Shown: positions 24,693 through 38,270, counted from the first letter of the stretch. The stretch: 57,339 bases of DNA from Chiloscyllium plagiosum (GCF_004010195.1 NC_057728.1:40953471-41010809), one strand, 5' to 3'. The notes: generated by a model not told the origin, from the sequence alone. Numbers and translations: made by a program.

Positions 24693-25002
24693 GATTAGAT
24701 TCCCTACAGTGTGGAAACAGGCCTTCAGCCCAACCAGTCCACACAGACCCTCTGAAGAGCAACACACCCAGACCCATTTCCCCTCTGACTAATGCACCTA
24801 ACACTATGGGCAATATAGCATGGCCATTCCACCTGCTCTGCAGGTCTTTGGACTGTGGGAGGAAACCGGAGCACCCAGAGGAAACCCACACAGACATGGG
24901 GAGAATATGCAAACTCCACACAGGCAGTCACCCAAGGCTGGAATCAAACCTGGGACCCTGGTGCTGTGAGGCAGCAGTGCTAACCACTGAGCCACTGTGC
25001 CG
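24693..25002 (-). mobile_element. HE1-type V-SINE, second subfamily, adjacent to the previous copy
   Basis: Closely resembles 9850-10158. Confidence 0.92.
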
Positions 25003-25219
25003 CTGAGATTTATTGGCTATCTAAAAACTAAAAATAGTGACTTTTAGATATGGTATGGGCCAGTGTAACTTTGGAGAACATCTCCATCCATGATTATCAA
25101 CCGATAAGCTGTCAACTCCTGTCCAAGACACTTTGTTTTTATATTAATTCCATCAAATTGGATTCTTGTTTGAGCTTTCTGCCCTGCTGCTTTTCTGAGG
25201 TAAATTTGCTCTGTTTATA

Positions 25220-26410
25220 ATCACAAGAAATAGAAGCTGGAGGAGGTCACTCATTCCAATTCGATCAGAGCAATTCTGATCTGCTTGTGGCCTCTCTACT
25301 TTCCTCTGTGTCCTTATGATCCTTGGCTCCTTTGTAAAACAAAAATCTACCTCAGTCTGGAATACATTCAATAAGCCAGCCATCATTGCTCCCTGTGGGG
25401 AGAATTTCAAAGATTGATAACCTTCTGAAGGGGGGAAAAGAAAAGTCTCATCTCTGACTTAAATAGGAGAACCTTATTTAGGTTGCCATCTAATTCTAGA
25501 TTTCCATAAGAAGGGGAATATCCTCTCAACATCTTGCCTGTCAAGTCCCCTCAGAGTCTTTTATGTTTCAATAAGATAAATTGGCATTCTTTTCAATTGC
25601 AATGTGTTGGCTTAACTTGCTCATTCTTTCCTTGTAAGACAACAGCTTCATCCCAGTAATCAACTTTGTGAATATTTCCTGGACTGCATCCAGTACAAAT
25701 AAGGTGACAAAAGGTGTACACAGAGCTTAAAGTGTAGTCTCAATTCATTCCCCTTGCAATAAAGGTTAACATTTCGTTTTTCTACCGAATTACTTGCTGC
25801 ATCTGCATTTTGATTTTTGTGATTCATGTACAAAGATACTTCTATATTACAGCATTCTTTGGTGTCTCTTCAATTTAATAGTAACATGCTTTGCGACCCT
25901 TTGTGTCAAAGGGGGTAACCACACATTTTCTCACACTGTGCTCCGTCTGTTAATTTTTTACCCACTTAACCTACCTACATTCTTTAGTGCACTCTTAATA
26001 TCTTCCTCACAACTTTATTCCATATCTATCCTTTAATTCTCAGGAAATTTGTCTGCAGTACATTCGATACTGTCATCTAAATAAATGCTCATAAGTAATA
26101 AAGACTGCAGCACTGAACCACATTCCAATAGCTACAATTTGCCAACCAGAAAATTATCCTTTTACCCCCCTCTTTTTCCTGATAGTTAGCCAATGCTTAA
26201 TCCATGCTAATATATCAATCCCAACACCATGAGCACCTATCTTGCACAGTAAACTTTTTTTTTAATATGGCATCATTATTGAAAGTTCTTTTTGAAATTC
26301 AAATGCCCCACATCTGCATATCCCCCTTTATCTATCCTCAAAGAGCTCAAATAAATTAGTCAAATATAATTAATTTCTACAAAAGCATATTGTCTTGGTT
26401 TGATTGAATT
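25220..26410 (-). mobile_element. Old, decayed CR1 LINE
   Basis: CR1-type 3' end (cacaagaaatagaagctggaggaggtca) followed by colinear degenerate RT blocks through ctcaaagagctcaaataaattagtcaaa. Confidence 0.7.
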
Positions 26411-26434
26411 ATTGTTTTCTAAAGGGGTCAGTTA

Positions 26435-26600
26435 TCTCAGCGCCTGAATGGCTGGTTTAAAATGTAGAGTGATGCCACAGCATGGGTTCAATTCTTGCAC
26501 TGACTGAGGTTACCATGAAGGACTCCCTTTATCTCCTCTTGCCTGAGACGTGGTGACCCTCAGGTTAAACCACCACCATGAGGGAGAAGCACTATGGTAC
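26435..26600 (+). mobile_element. tRNA-derived SINE, unclassified
   Basis: B-box-like gggttcaattctt, then gaggttaccatgaagga...ggtgaccctcaggttaaaccaccacc. Confidence 0.55.
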
Positions 26601-28705
26601 AAAGAACAGTTTGCTAATTGAGAATTATAATCATCATCTAAGTTAAGAAGTGACCCATACACTGAAAAGGAACTTAATGTTAAGGTATTATACTGCTAAA
26701 ATAGTCTAATGTGAAAGCTGGAATCATTATTAGTGTACATATTGCAATCCAATAAATAAAACTTGGGGACCAGTTTGAGGCTAAAAATATGAAAAAGTTA
26801 TGTAACTACCTTAAACGTTCACTATCGTGGAATACTGCTGCTCTATTATAGATTTAGCTCAAGCTTGTAGAACGAATAGGTTCTCTCTCAACTATTCAAA
26901 GGTAGAGTGCTCTTGTGGATAATTGGAAATCCTTCAACAATGGTAGTTTACATTGATAATAAGCCCAATAACTTGAATATGGCTTTGGAGGCAGGATACA
27001 AGTTATATTAACTGCATATCATTTAATTTAATATTGCACAATACAGAACAATAATTTGAGTCAATCTGTATTAAAGTTTGATGTTAATCACAGTTTTTAA
27101 TGACAGAACTTGAAAATCACAGAAAAGTGATACGCAATCTTTTCTCAATTAGCAAACTGTTCTTTGTACCATAGTGCTGCTCCCTCATGGTGGTGGTTAG
27201 AATGCTAAATTTCACGTAATCATAGTTTACACCACAAAGGAAAGGGATGCTATTTGTTTGGCAAGGCGACTCTGGCTGAGGAACCATGGAGAGTGGAAAA
27301 GGGAATTCTAGGATCCCCATGTTCCTAAGCAATTCAAAAAAGGCCTAAAGCTTGAAGATATTCTTTTTGATTCTAGAGATCAGGATTCTGGGAATGGTTA
27401 ACAAATAAAGCATTAGTAAAGTAGATTATAAGCAGAATTGTTCATCTTAAATTATTTGTTCGTGAAACAATTTGTACACTTAGAATTGTTTAGCATGAGC
27501 TAGTCATTCATGGAATCACATCTATTAGTTGTTTCATGTTGGGTTTTGTAAGTGAGGACTGGCTGAGTATGGCCTGTAGTATGTTTCTCACAAAAAAATG
27601 AAGTAACATGCTATTTGAGAGTCATACATCACAGTCAGTCACTCTACACATACAAATCTGAAAATAGAACATCTTCTGTTAGATGCGCTTTCACAACATG
27701 AAGCACTTGCTGAGCAATCCTGAGTATGCTAATAGCAACATGAACAACCAGTTTTAGATAATTGGTTGAACTCATTATGTGCTCCATGTATGCTTACTAG
27801 AAATGGCATGCATTTGAACACTGGGACCAGTTCTTTGCAAACAAATCAGTATGTTCAAGCTTTGCAACCTTTCTGAACTGCCTCGGTCCTTGGAGAGCCG
27901 ATAGTTCCCCACTACTTTGTTTGAGGCAATGCCATGGAGAATGGGTCAACTTACCAACCAATAAGCAACCTCTATAGCATGAATAGTTGTGACCATTTGA
28001 AATTGACATTCTTGTCCCCAAGAGTCCAAGATGAAAGATAACTTATCATATCCCTTTTCAACAACCTGCAGGTTTTATTGCTGCAGGATCAACAGGCTTG
28101 TTTTGTTGCCAGAATCAAGCTTTTAGACACCCCTCTGAGTATATCCTCCCAAAGGTCAATGACATTTCTTTCCAATTCTGCATCTGGACTTAGTGACAAC
28201 ATTTTCCTAAGTTAAAAGAGCTAGATATAAATAAGTGATTTGTATAGTTATGCATTTGGGCAGACAGGTGTCAAGCAAGCATTCTGTTTCTCTGACAGCA
28301 AACCACTCAAGGAAAACTTGAAAGCCTTTAAGCAAAAATGTTGCTGTAGATGGACCAGCAGAAACTGGTGGTTTCTAATTTTCTTAACAGCCAACATGCA
28401 CAACAAGTTGTAGTCCTGGGTAAGAGATTCTGTAATGAAAACATCTTTTTAGTTACATTTCTGTAGATATATCTCTTGGATCAAGTAGTGTAATAAACAT
28501 GTAGGCATTTAACCTTTTAGCCAATATTACATTGAGGGAAACAACTCGCTATTTTAAAAATTCCTGCAATAAAGCTCTTAGGGCAATCAGAGAGACCCAA
28601 GACTTATTTTGTTTAATCAAGGGAATTTTACTACATCATCATTAGATCTCCTTTTCCACTGTTGTGGAAATCATAGGCATCAACTATGGTAGCTAGTCTG
28701 TGCTC

Positions 28706-28706
<1 letters not shown>

Positions 28707-28744
<38 letters not shown>

Positions 28745-28756
28745 AATAATAATAAT
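28707..28756. repeat. Compound microsatellite (TTA)n followed by (TAA)n
   Basis: Read directly from the sequence. Confidence 0.97.
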
Positions 28757-30191
28757 CATAACACTTGTTACTTTTATAGAATGGAATATTGTTTTTGGGT
28801 TTTCTGTTTTTGAGATACTGATGAGGACTGAAATACTTTTCCTGGACTTCTTTACAGGCAGTATTGACATCAACTATTTTCAACCATAGGTACGAACTGT
28901 CAGTATTTGGTTGCTGTCAGTGATTACTTTGTGCTGTCAGCATATATTGTTCAAAATCGGTATTTTACAGGCTATGTACTTTATTATTCAAGTCTCCCTT
29001 AAAACCTGAATGCATTGAGCCATAATTTGCTTTGCCAAGACATCTCTTGCGATCTGCTGATGGTTCAATTTGCTAATGTAAGTTGCAATTTTTTTGTGCC
29101 ACCTTGCTGAAAGTGAGGGTTGATAACATCACAGTGGGAGGGCAACTAGACACCTGGATCCTGAGTGAACAGGGCAAGCAGTCATTAAACAGTCAGACTG
29201 AAGATGGGGAGAAAGCAGTGTTGGGGCCAGCATGGACATATAAATATGAATTAAAATTCGTTGCCTATTAAGTTTTTTTAAAACTCTGGCCGTTAAAACC
29301 AGAAGCAATGAGGCGGCACACTTGTAATGTTTAACTTTCTGTACCAGAGGTTGGTCACATTGTGATATGCACTTAGACTTGGAATGACTCACTCTAACGT
29401 TCGAGTGAGTTTACTTTGTGTCTGCTGCATAACTACAGTTTTCATGCCATTGAATGGTAAAACCGAGAGGAAGATGCTGTTATTGCAAACTGAGACTGCA
29501 ATTGCTTTCACCATAATTTCCTACAGCATTTGAGCTACGATATGCCATTTTTGCAGCAGGATTTCCAAAAGAAGTTAACACTGTGCATGTCGTAGTTAAC
29601 AGTAGTTTGTTGGTGGATGGTGGTGATTGTAGTGTTGGTGGGATGAACCCTTAATCAGCAATGGACCAGCTTCACTTCTATCTATTTAACACAAAACTTA
29701 GTCTTATGATAATGGACTGGACTCTGATAGTTTCTCAAATTGGTTTTTGCTGCACAAGAGATTCTGACAACTGCATACCACGGGTAGGATCTCTTGCAAG
29801 ACCGACCTGATTTCCTGGAAAACACGGACATATCTTGGGAGGCTCCTCTCAAAAAAGGGAAGATAATTGTCTGAATTTATCATTACATCCAATGCGCTTT
29901 CTGTCAAATAAGGGAAAGTCATATTTGAGGACCAGATCTTCTACCTGATTCTAGGGTCATGGTTTTATAAGGACTGTCTTTTTATTTGTGCCTTTTTAAA
30001 AACTGTGGAGAGCAATTAGAGAACCATTTTAAAGCAGAAATTTACCAGGATGGCTACATAATATCACAACAAGAAATTTGATAACTGTTATGAACTATTT
30101 TTGTGGCTGTGGGTTCCTGCAATGTGCAACCAATCAGGAGTCAAGGAACTGTTTACAAGTGAGAGCAGGTGAGACCTCAGTTAAACCACCT

Positions 30192-30676
30192 TACCAGGAT
30201 ATTATTAAGCTATAGAGGGTTCAGATGAGATTTATTAAATGTTGCCGTGTGTGGAAGATTTGAGTTAAAAAGAAAGGGCTGGTTGGCGAGGCCTTTTTCT
30301 TTTGGAATATAGGAGGCTGAGAATGACCTTGTAAAGGCTTCTAAAATCATGAGGGGTATAGGCAAGGTTAATGGTAGGTGTCTTTTCCCTAGGATGAATG
30401 ATTTCAAGACTAGAGGGATTGAGTTTAAGGTGAAAGATTTTTTTAAAAAAGACAAGAGGGGCAAATGTTTTACACAGAGTGGTTCATGTGTGCAATGAAC
30501 TTCTAGAGGATATGGGTACAGTTATGTTCAAGGCATTTGGATAAGTACATGAATAGGAAAGGTTTGCATGGAGATGGACCAAGCACGAGTAGATGGCACC
30601 AGTTTAATTTGGGATTATGTTCAGCATGGGCTGGTTAAAACAAAGGCTCTCTTTCCATGCTGTATGACTCTATGAC
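30192..30676 (+). mobile_element. CR1/HER1 LINE 3' fragment
   Basis: ggaggctgagaatgacctt...aagactagaggg...tttacacagag...ctgtatgactctatga tail. Confidence 0.85.
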
Positions 30677-30679
30677 CTC

Positions 30680-30810
30680 TTGACAGCGCAACATTCAATC
30701 AGCACTGCACTAGGATTTGTCTAGATTTTTGTGCTCAAGTTCTAGAGCAGGACTTGAACCCACAGTCTCCTGATTCAGAGAGCAAGGTTCTACCAACATT
30801 GCCAGAGTTG
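30680..30810 (-). mobile_element. tRNA-derived head of a Deu-domain-type SINE
   Basis: Reverse B-box ggacttgaacccac with an adjacent gtgctcaagt...cagcactgcact segment; similar to the head at 31148. Confidence 0.55.
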
Positions 30811-31147
30811 AATTGATTTGATTTATTGTTGTCACATGTACCAAGATACAGTGAAAAGTGTTGTTTTACTTATTATGCAGGCAGATCATACCATACAAAG
30901 TGCATCAGGGAGTAGAACAGAGTGCAGAATACAATATACCAGAGAAGGTACAGAGACAGAAATGAACATGAAGATTTTAGATGTCCATTCAAAAGTCTAA
31001 ATACTGGGGAAGTGAGAGATGAATTTGTTTCATCTTAACTATCACTTTCATGAATAACTATATTGTGATCTTCACAGTCAGGTGAATGACCTGATTTTAC
31101 TTAATTTTCATCAGCCATCCTATGTAGCATTACAGTTCTTGCCAGTT

Positions 31148-31570
31148 TGGCTTAGTGCTTGAAGTCACACCTCTGTCTGAAGCCTGTGGGTTTAAGGCCT
31201 ACTCTAAAGAATTGAACATGTCATCTAGGGATGATGGGGTCTGGTGCATTTCGAAGGGAATACTGACCTGCTGAGGTTCTGAATTTCCAATGCGATTTGA
31301 AGGCAATCTTTTCCATTTCAGTGATTATTAAAAGTCCCAAGGCCTAGATAATTCTCCCGGAATCTGGTGAATATTCACACCTCAGCCAACACCACAAGAA
31401 AGCAGGTTTCCTAGCCACCTAATTATTGCTGCTCTCTGAAGGTTCCAGCAACAGCAATCTGCTGTTGTACTTCATGATGTCACCACAGTAACCACACACC
31501 TTTTCAACATTAAACACCTGTGACATGCCCTACGTTTGTGAAAGGTTCTAAAGAAATGCAAATTTTCTTC
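31148..31570 (+). mobile_element. Ancient near-full-length Deu-domain SINE
   Basis: tRNA-like head (tggcttagt...tgggtttaaggcc), Deu-like cctcagccaacaccac, tail gtgaaaggttctaaagaaatgcaa. Confidence 0.55.
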
Positions 31571-32919
31571 CATTTCTCATTTTTTTTCTGAAGTCATTGT
31601 TCTATTAACTATTTCCTCAATTTAAGGTACTTATATTTAATGGAAGGAATTAAATCTAATGAATTTAATTCTTTCCATGTGCTGTATGTTGCAATCATAA
31701 TGAAAAGAATTTGACTTGGGTGCTTAATTGAGAAGCAAATGTGTAATGTTTGAAGGCTGAGAGTCATTTCAAAGCTGGGCTGTGTTACTGACTACGGACT
31801 CCAGCCCAGGTGGTGGTCTATTCTTGAAGTCTTTCTTTATATGTGGATTGGTCCATGTGATGGCATCAATTCAACTGTCACGCTGGAAGCATTTATATCT
31901 AGGAGGAGGAGAAATATGGAGCTTGCCAGTCTTAGAAAATAGGTGCAGGAGTAGGCCATTCAGCCCTTTGAGCCTGCACTACTTGCTCACTTCTCCATCA
32001 AAACATCCAGTGTCTCTGACCATTCCAGAAATACTTCTTTGTTAGCAATTGGGAGACTTTTTGAGTATTCGAATTGGTCTTTGCCATTGCTATGGAAGGA
32101 AACAAACCTCTCAGTCCCAAGTGTTGATTTACACTAGAAAACTGCACTCATGGTTATTGATTGAGAACTGAATTGTGCTTCGTTTCAATGCCCTCAGAGA
32201 AATAGACTGCCAACACTAGCTCAGCTTGTGAAGAGTGATCGTGATCTTTCTGGGAATGTGCTAAAGTGCTTCCAGCATCCATGAAATTGTACTTCTTGCA
32301 GTAGTCAACAATTTCAGGCAGAGAGGAATTATTTAGTGAAAGTTGTTGATTAAGTGGATGCTGACAAAAGCTGTCAATCAATGCTTCCAAACAGAATTCT
32401 GTTCTGTTTTCTGTTGCTGTCTTTAGCAATTGATGACCAAGGCCCTCTGTGAATCAGAGTTTTATTGACTGTATAAACAAGAGTTGATCACCAGGAGATG
32501 AATTAACAGTGTTAACCATCTCTCCTCCAGGAAAAGAATTCTGTAATTAGCTCCAACCCCACCCAAACAATAAAGCACCAATAAAAGCATTTTTCTTTAA
32601 AACAACTGCAAATTTAACAGATCAGTAAGTGGAGAATGTTCATGTTTGTTGAAGAATGTGCTATTTTAAACTGTCAAAAATAAAAGATTTTTTGCAGCAT
32701 TTATCAATAGTGGTTTAATTCAGTTCATTAATTTGTCAGAAATTTTACTAGCATGAAAATTTTCATTGAAACAAAAAGTGAAATTACTGAATAGCGCAGA
32801 TTTTGCATACAGCATATTGTCCTGATTGATTATTTGAAGTAAATGTCTGTTTTATGTTGCAGATTGGAAAACCACTTAGTCAAAAATCTGCTGCTGTGAC
32901 TGATTTCCCTGCTTGATTT

Positions 32920-33233
32920 TTAGATTAGATTAGATTACAGTGTGGAAACAGGCCCTTCGGCCCAACAAGTCCACACCGACCCGCCGAAGCGAAACCCACC
33001 CATACCCCTATATGTACCCCTTACCTAACACTACGGGCAATTTAGTATGGCCAATTCACCTGACCCTGCACATCTTTGGACTGTGGGAGGAAACCGGAGC
33101 ACCCGGAGGAAACCCACGCAGACACGGGGAGAACGTGCAAACTCCACACAGTCAGTCGCCTGAGGCGGGAATTGAACCTGGGTCTCTGGCGCTGTGAGGC
33201 AGCAGTGCTAACCACTGTGCCACCGTGCCGCCC
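32920..33233 (-). mobile_element. HE1-type V-SINE, young
   Basis: Complete head, core and tail; CpGs retained. Confidence 0.95.
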
Positions 33234-33574
33234 ATTTTTATTTTGCTGCAGCTCATCTGTGACTGAAGTTTGCTAGTTTTGTGAGAAATATTCTGTAGTC
33301 CAGGCATTATATTTAATTTATAGTGGTGTAACTGATGGTAGCACACTCTGTGGAGTTGTAACAATAAAGTGCATGTGCAAATACACAAAATGTGATTATC
33401 AAGCTGTTCTGCAGTGTTCATTCCCTGATGTATACGAACCGGTGACTAGACAATTTTGGTTCCTCGCGTAAACTTTGATAGTAATTGATTGAGTTGCTGG
33501 TAATTGTTGGTTGACGCAATTTGCTATTACATTTAAACAGTTTCAGTATGCTGATATGGTGAATAACCTCAGTT

Positions 33575-33930
33575 ACAAGCATCAGAATGAAGAGTAGAAG
33601 TAGACCATTTAGCCCCTCAGGCCTGCCCTACCATTCTATAAAATCATGGGTGATCTGTTTATGTTTTGAATTCCACATTCCCAACTACCCCTGATTGACC
33701 TCCAATTCCCTTACCTAACAAGAATCAATCTTTAAAAATATTAAAGGATCCTCCCTCCACTGTCTTTTTAGGCAGAGCATTCCAAACTAATTACACAACA
33801 GCTCATTCCCCGTGTCAATCAAATAAGCCTTCATTGAACCATATTCAATGCATTAACCCATCCTTCCTTAAAGAAGGAAACACAAATTGCAGAGACTATA
33901 CAGGATATGACCTCACCAGTAGTCTGTAGA
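33575..33930 (-). mobile_element. Old CR1 3' fragment
   Basis: gtagaagtagaccatttagcccctcaggcctgccctaccattctataaaatcatgggtgatctg is a CR1-type reverse terminus. Confidence 0.7.
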
Positions 33931-34804
33931 ACTGAAAAATGTGATGTAAGATGTGACATATACATATTAATTTATTATTTAAATTTGGATTTCAAAATCG
34001 GGGAAAATGAATGTTGGCCCTTTTTTTTGAGCAGGAGTTTAAAAGTTAACTTGACCAGTCTTTCCAAACCAATAATTCCAAAACAGTTTGGCCCTCCAGG
34101 ATCAAATATGGTACTTTGTACAGTTGGAGTGTATAATTGGAAAAGAAAACTACATTAAGTCATTAGATTAGCAGAAGCTAGGATAAGCAAAAAAAACAGT
34201 AAAAGGTTTCTGAGTAAAATTTGAAGAAGACCTTACTAAAATTAGATGCATGAATGATTTCTCCTTGAAAAAGACCTTGTTTAGAGTAGTTAAGGGAATA
34301 AGTTACCTCAATGCATGGGTTTCAATTTGCAAAGCTTCCAGAGTAGGACTGTTTGATTAGAAATCTGCAATTGATTATTCAAAGCTGAGAGTCTAAGATC
34401 TCAGTTGAGTGAGTCAAATAAAATACCTTCACAGGACTGGAACTGAAACAAAGCAGTTAAATCAATCTACAAATTTGATGGAGAAGTGAAAATTGCCCTG
34501 CATTTTGATTAACTCTAAAGTGATAGTGTTGAGGGGAGGGTAGATGGAATTTCATTTTGCTGCATGGTTGAAATGTTTTAAGTAGTTTAGTGTAGATAGC
34601 TTGGTTTGGTTTATTTTTCTTTTGTGTACAAAACTTCTGTTCTTTCATTAAACCCAAATCTGCAGCCTTGTGTGCAAAATTGTCACAACATTTTTTTAAA
34701 TGATCTATTAAGCAAGATTTCATTCTGGGATCTGACTTGTCCAGTAGTTACATCTGACAGGATCATAATTCATAATATGGCTTACATTTATTAAAGTGAA
34801 GATA

Positions 34805-35350
34805 TTATTGTCAAAGAGTATTCCACTTGCCTTCATTACTTGCTGGATCCCTCTGCACCTTAGCATTATGCTGTCATTCACTGTTTTAAGTAATACTCTA
34901 CATATTTCATTCTTCATGCCAATGTGAACAACCTCACATTGTCCCATGTGATACTCCTTCTGCTAGATTTTTGCCCAATTTTTAAAAAAAATTAACATTT
35001 TTTTAATCAACCTGTTCAGAGATGTTATTACATACCTTTGGAGCAGGTGGGACTTGAATATGGGTCTGCCAGTCCAGAGGTAGGGACATTACCAATGCAC
35101 TGCATTTTTGTCCACTTATTCTACCTATCTATATACTTCTGCATGCTCCTTATGACCGCTCCACAATATATTTTTCAGCATGTCTTTGTATCATCTGTAC
35201 ATGTAGCTGTTCTTGCCTTTGCTTCCCCCATGTAAAGATTTAAACTCTTAAAAAGCTGAGGCCCCAGCACAGACTCCTGGGAATTCCACTTGTCACATCC
35301 TGCTAATCAGAAGAAGGCTTTTTTATGCTTTTTGCTAACCAGCCAGTCTT
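34805..35350 (-). mobile_element. Old CR1 RT fragment interrupted by a short tRNA-derived element
   Basis: Minus-strand CEVVHIGMKN motif; gaggccccagcacagactcctgggaattccac corresponds to the GIPxxSVLGP block. Confidence 0.65.
35005..35100 (-). mobile_element. Short (about 110 nt) tRNA-derived element
   Basis: atcaacctgttcagagatgttattaca...gtgggacttgaa...cagaggtagggaca; homologous units at 42712-42905 and 43955-44190. Confidence 0.65.
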
Positions 35351-35419
35351 CTATTAATGCTAATAAGTGATTGTCTCTGTCTCTTCAAATCAGGTCACAG
35401 AAATACTTACTAATTTAAA

Positions 35420-36330
35420 AGTACCAACTAAATCAGGATGTGGAAGTGAAAATTGATTTAATTACAGTTATTAGGCAAGTCGTGTCGAGTAAACTGATGG
35501 AGCTGTGAGATGACAAGTTTCTGGGTCTGAACAGATAACATTTTCAAGGTCTTAAAAGAGGTTGCTCATGCAGTAGGTGGGAGCATTGTTTCCAATTTTC
35601 CCAAATTTACTATGTTCTGGAGAAGTTCCATCAGATTGGAAAGTCATGCATTTGATTCTGTCTACGTAAATTTTAGCAAGGAATTTAAGAAATGTCAGAC
35701 TGATCACAAAGGTAAAGCCAATGGGATCCATAGTAAAAGTGGACCCAAAACTAACTCAGTAGCAGGAGGTCAAGGGTAACGTTGGTTGAGTTTTTGTGTG
35801 ACTAGTAGATTGTTTCCAGTGAAATCGCATAAAATCCGGTACTAGATACCTTGCTTTTCGGGATCTATTGTTAATGATTTAAACTTAAATGAAGGGTACT
35901 TGATTTAAAAGTTTTTAGATGCTACTAAGTTGGCAGTATAGTTGATGGTAGGGGAAATAAAGCTGTAGATTCAAGAAGGATTGCAGTATCCTCATCAAAG
36001 AGAAGGCTAAGGTGGGGTTTAATTGAGGTGTACAAAATTTAAGGGGACATAGATGGGTTAAATAGGAAAAAAAAATTCTCCTTTAGAGGGATCAATAGCC
36101 AAGGACATAGATTTAAGGTAGGGGGAAGAAGGTTAGAGGGAAAATAGTAAAGAATTTTTCATCTCATGGATGGTGGATATATGGAACATACTGCCTGAAA
36201 GGGTGGTAGAAATGGGGACCATCGAGACATTTGAACTGATCACTTGAAGCCCATTACATACAAAGCAATGGACAACATGCTGAAAAATAGGCTGGGGTAG
36301 GTCAGTGCTTGATGACTGGTGTAGACACAC
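35420..36330 (+). mobile_element. Old CR1 ORF2 remnants
   Basis: Colinear degenerate blocks (gttccatcagattggaaagt, ttttagcaagg, tttttagatgctactaag, tggaacatactgcctgaaagggtggtaga). Confidence 0.7.
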
Positions 36331-37955
36331 ATTTTTCCAGAGTGCTGTTTTTGTTTGGACTTCTTTTCCCCAGAAATGAGTGGAATTTATTCAAGACTGA
36401 ATTGGATAGATTTTTGACAGATAAGGCCGTCGCAGTTATATGTAGCAGACAGTTAAAACCACAACCAGATCAGCTACGATCCGATTGAATAGTGCACTCC
36501 TCAAGTTGCTGGGTTTCCTTGAATAAAAGATTGTGTGTACCATCTGGAGAAAAACCATGGGATATTTAAATTTTATTTATACATCTCTCTTCCCCAAAAA
36601 TAGAAATATTTAAAGTTAGGTTGGAAGGGGGAGAGGAATGATCGGTTGTTTGACTGACAGTCAAGCATTAGGTAATTGTGTAACTCTTTTCATTTGCTTT
36701 CGTCGGTGTAGGAAGGTAGTATATCACAAGGATGGATGAGTTCTAATGGCCAGAGCCTTGGGAAGGTGGGGAAGGAACTACCAGGAATAGATTTAATCCA
36801 GTCTGCAACCTACTCCTGCTCCTTTGTTCCAATGCACACAGTTATTAAACTGTTTAGATTTCAGGTATGCACTTTGTTTTGCTGTTGTCTCCTCAGTGAA
36901 GTTCCCAGAGAGTCAGTGAAGGATCAATAAAAACTGGCCCGAAGCTCTGAAATGTAAAGAACCTGAAGCATTAACTCTGTTTCTTTCTCCACAGATGCAG
37001 CCAGACCTGCTGAGTTGTTCACGTAATTAAATTGCCTGTGGGATGGTGAACCCCAACCTCCACCTTCAACACACCCCTCCCACCCATCCACCCATTACCC
37101 CACCAAAAAACCCTACTTGGTGTCAAAAATTAATCTCTTCTTCACCGGCAAGGAGGTATTCAGTAGAAGCTGACAGACTTCGTAAAATATGGAGATCAGC
37201 TTCTGAATACCTTGTTCGGTCTTTTGCTATTCTAACCAGTGGCAAGGTGGCGTGGCTTTTACTGTCAGATCAACAAAACAAAAGTGGGTTCAGAGCCAAA
37301 ATAGGCTAGAAAGTAGTCTAGCTTTTACTACAAATTTCCATGTGAGCCCATGAGTTAAGGTGGAGGACGGAGACAACAAAAATGGGGGAACAGGAGAAAC
37401 CAGCCATAGCAATCTGATGCAGAAGGCTTCAAGCCAGTCTCCATGACTAGTGATGGAGAAGGAAGCATGTTAGACATATGCAGAAGTAAGATGCATATGG
37501 AGAGAAAAACAAAATTAACTATTGTATAAGATTTGTATGCAGAGAGTAAGAGACACCTGAAGAAAAAAATAAAGAACTTGTCCATATCAAATTACCTTTA
37601 TAAGGTACGTAAGAGGCAGAAAAGAATGACCATCAGTGAATGCAAGGCTGGATGGTACAATTTTACAATTGGAGAGAAATTTTAATGGCATTTTGATTTT
37701 CGTTGAGCAATGTAGTGTGATAACAATGAAGGTATTTGGCAGAAATGCAGGACAATTTTAAGCTTTCTCTGTCCCAAAAATTAGTTCAGCTTTGCATCTA
37801 TTTTAGGATGCTGATGTAAACCACCATGATTGAATTAGTATCCAGTGTTTAGGTGAAGGCTAACCGTAATATGAACTGCAAGATAATTATACACTTTCCT
37901 TTCATTCCATGCTCACCCTTGTGAAAGCAGCAGAAAGCCTGTAAGTTGAATCATA

Positions 37956-38270
37956 GAGGAGGCAACAGCCTGGTGGTATTATCATTGGACTGCTAGTGCA
38001 GAGACTCTGGTAATGTTCTGAGGACCTGGATTCGAATCCCATGATGGCAGACAGTGGAATTTGAATTCTAAATGAAACCATTGTCAATTGTCAGAAAAAC
38101 CTATCTGGTTCACTAATGTCCTTTTAGGGAAGGAAATCTGCTGACCTTACCTGGTCTGGCCGACATGTGACTCCAGACCCACAGCAATGTGGTTGACTCT
38201 TAATTGCCCTCTGGACATTTAGGGTGGGGCAGTAAATCAAGATGACAACCTCATTCCATGAATGACAAAA
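37956..38270 (+). mobile_element. tRNA-derived SINE with LINE-derived tail, unclassified
   Basis: B-box ggattcgaatccc; core tagggaaggaaatctgc...gactccagacccacagcaatgtggttgactc. A partial copy lies at 48715-48870. Confidence 0.75.

Noticed and set aside
28631..28889. Poly-Leu/Ile and poly-Asn ORFs
   Set aside because: Translations of the (TTA)n(TAA)n microsatellite.
29348..29404. Plus-strand exon-like segment (accag|...|gtgagt)
   Set aside because: Stop codons in all three frames; the donor-like text is part of the palindrome.
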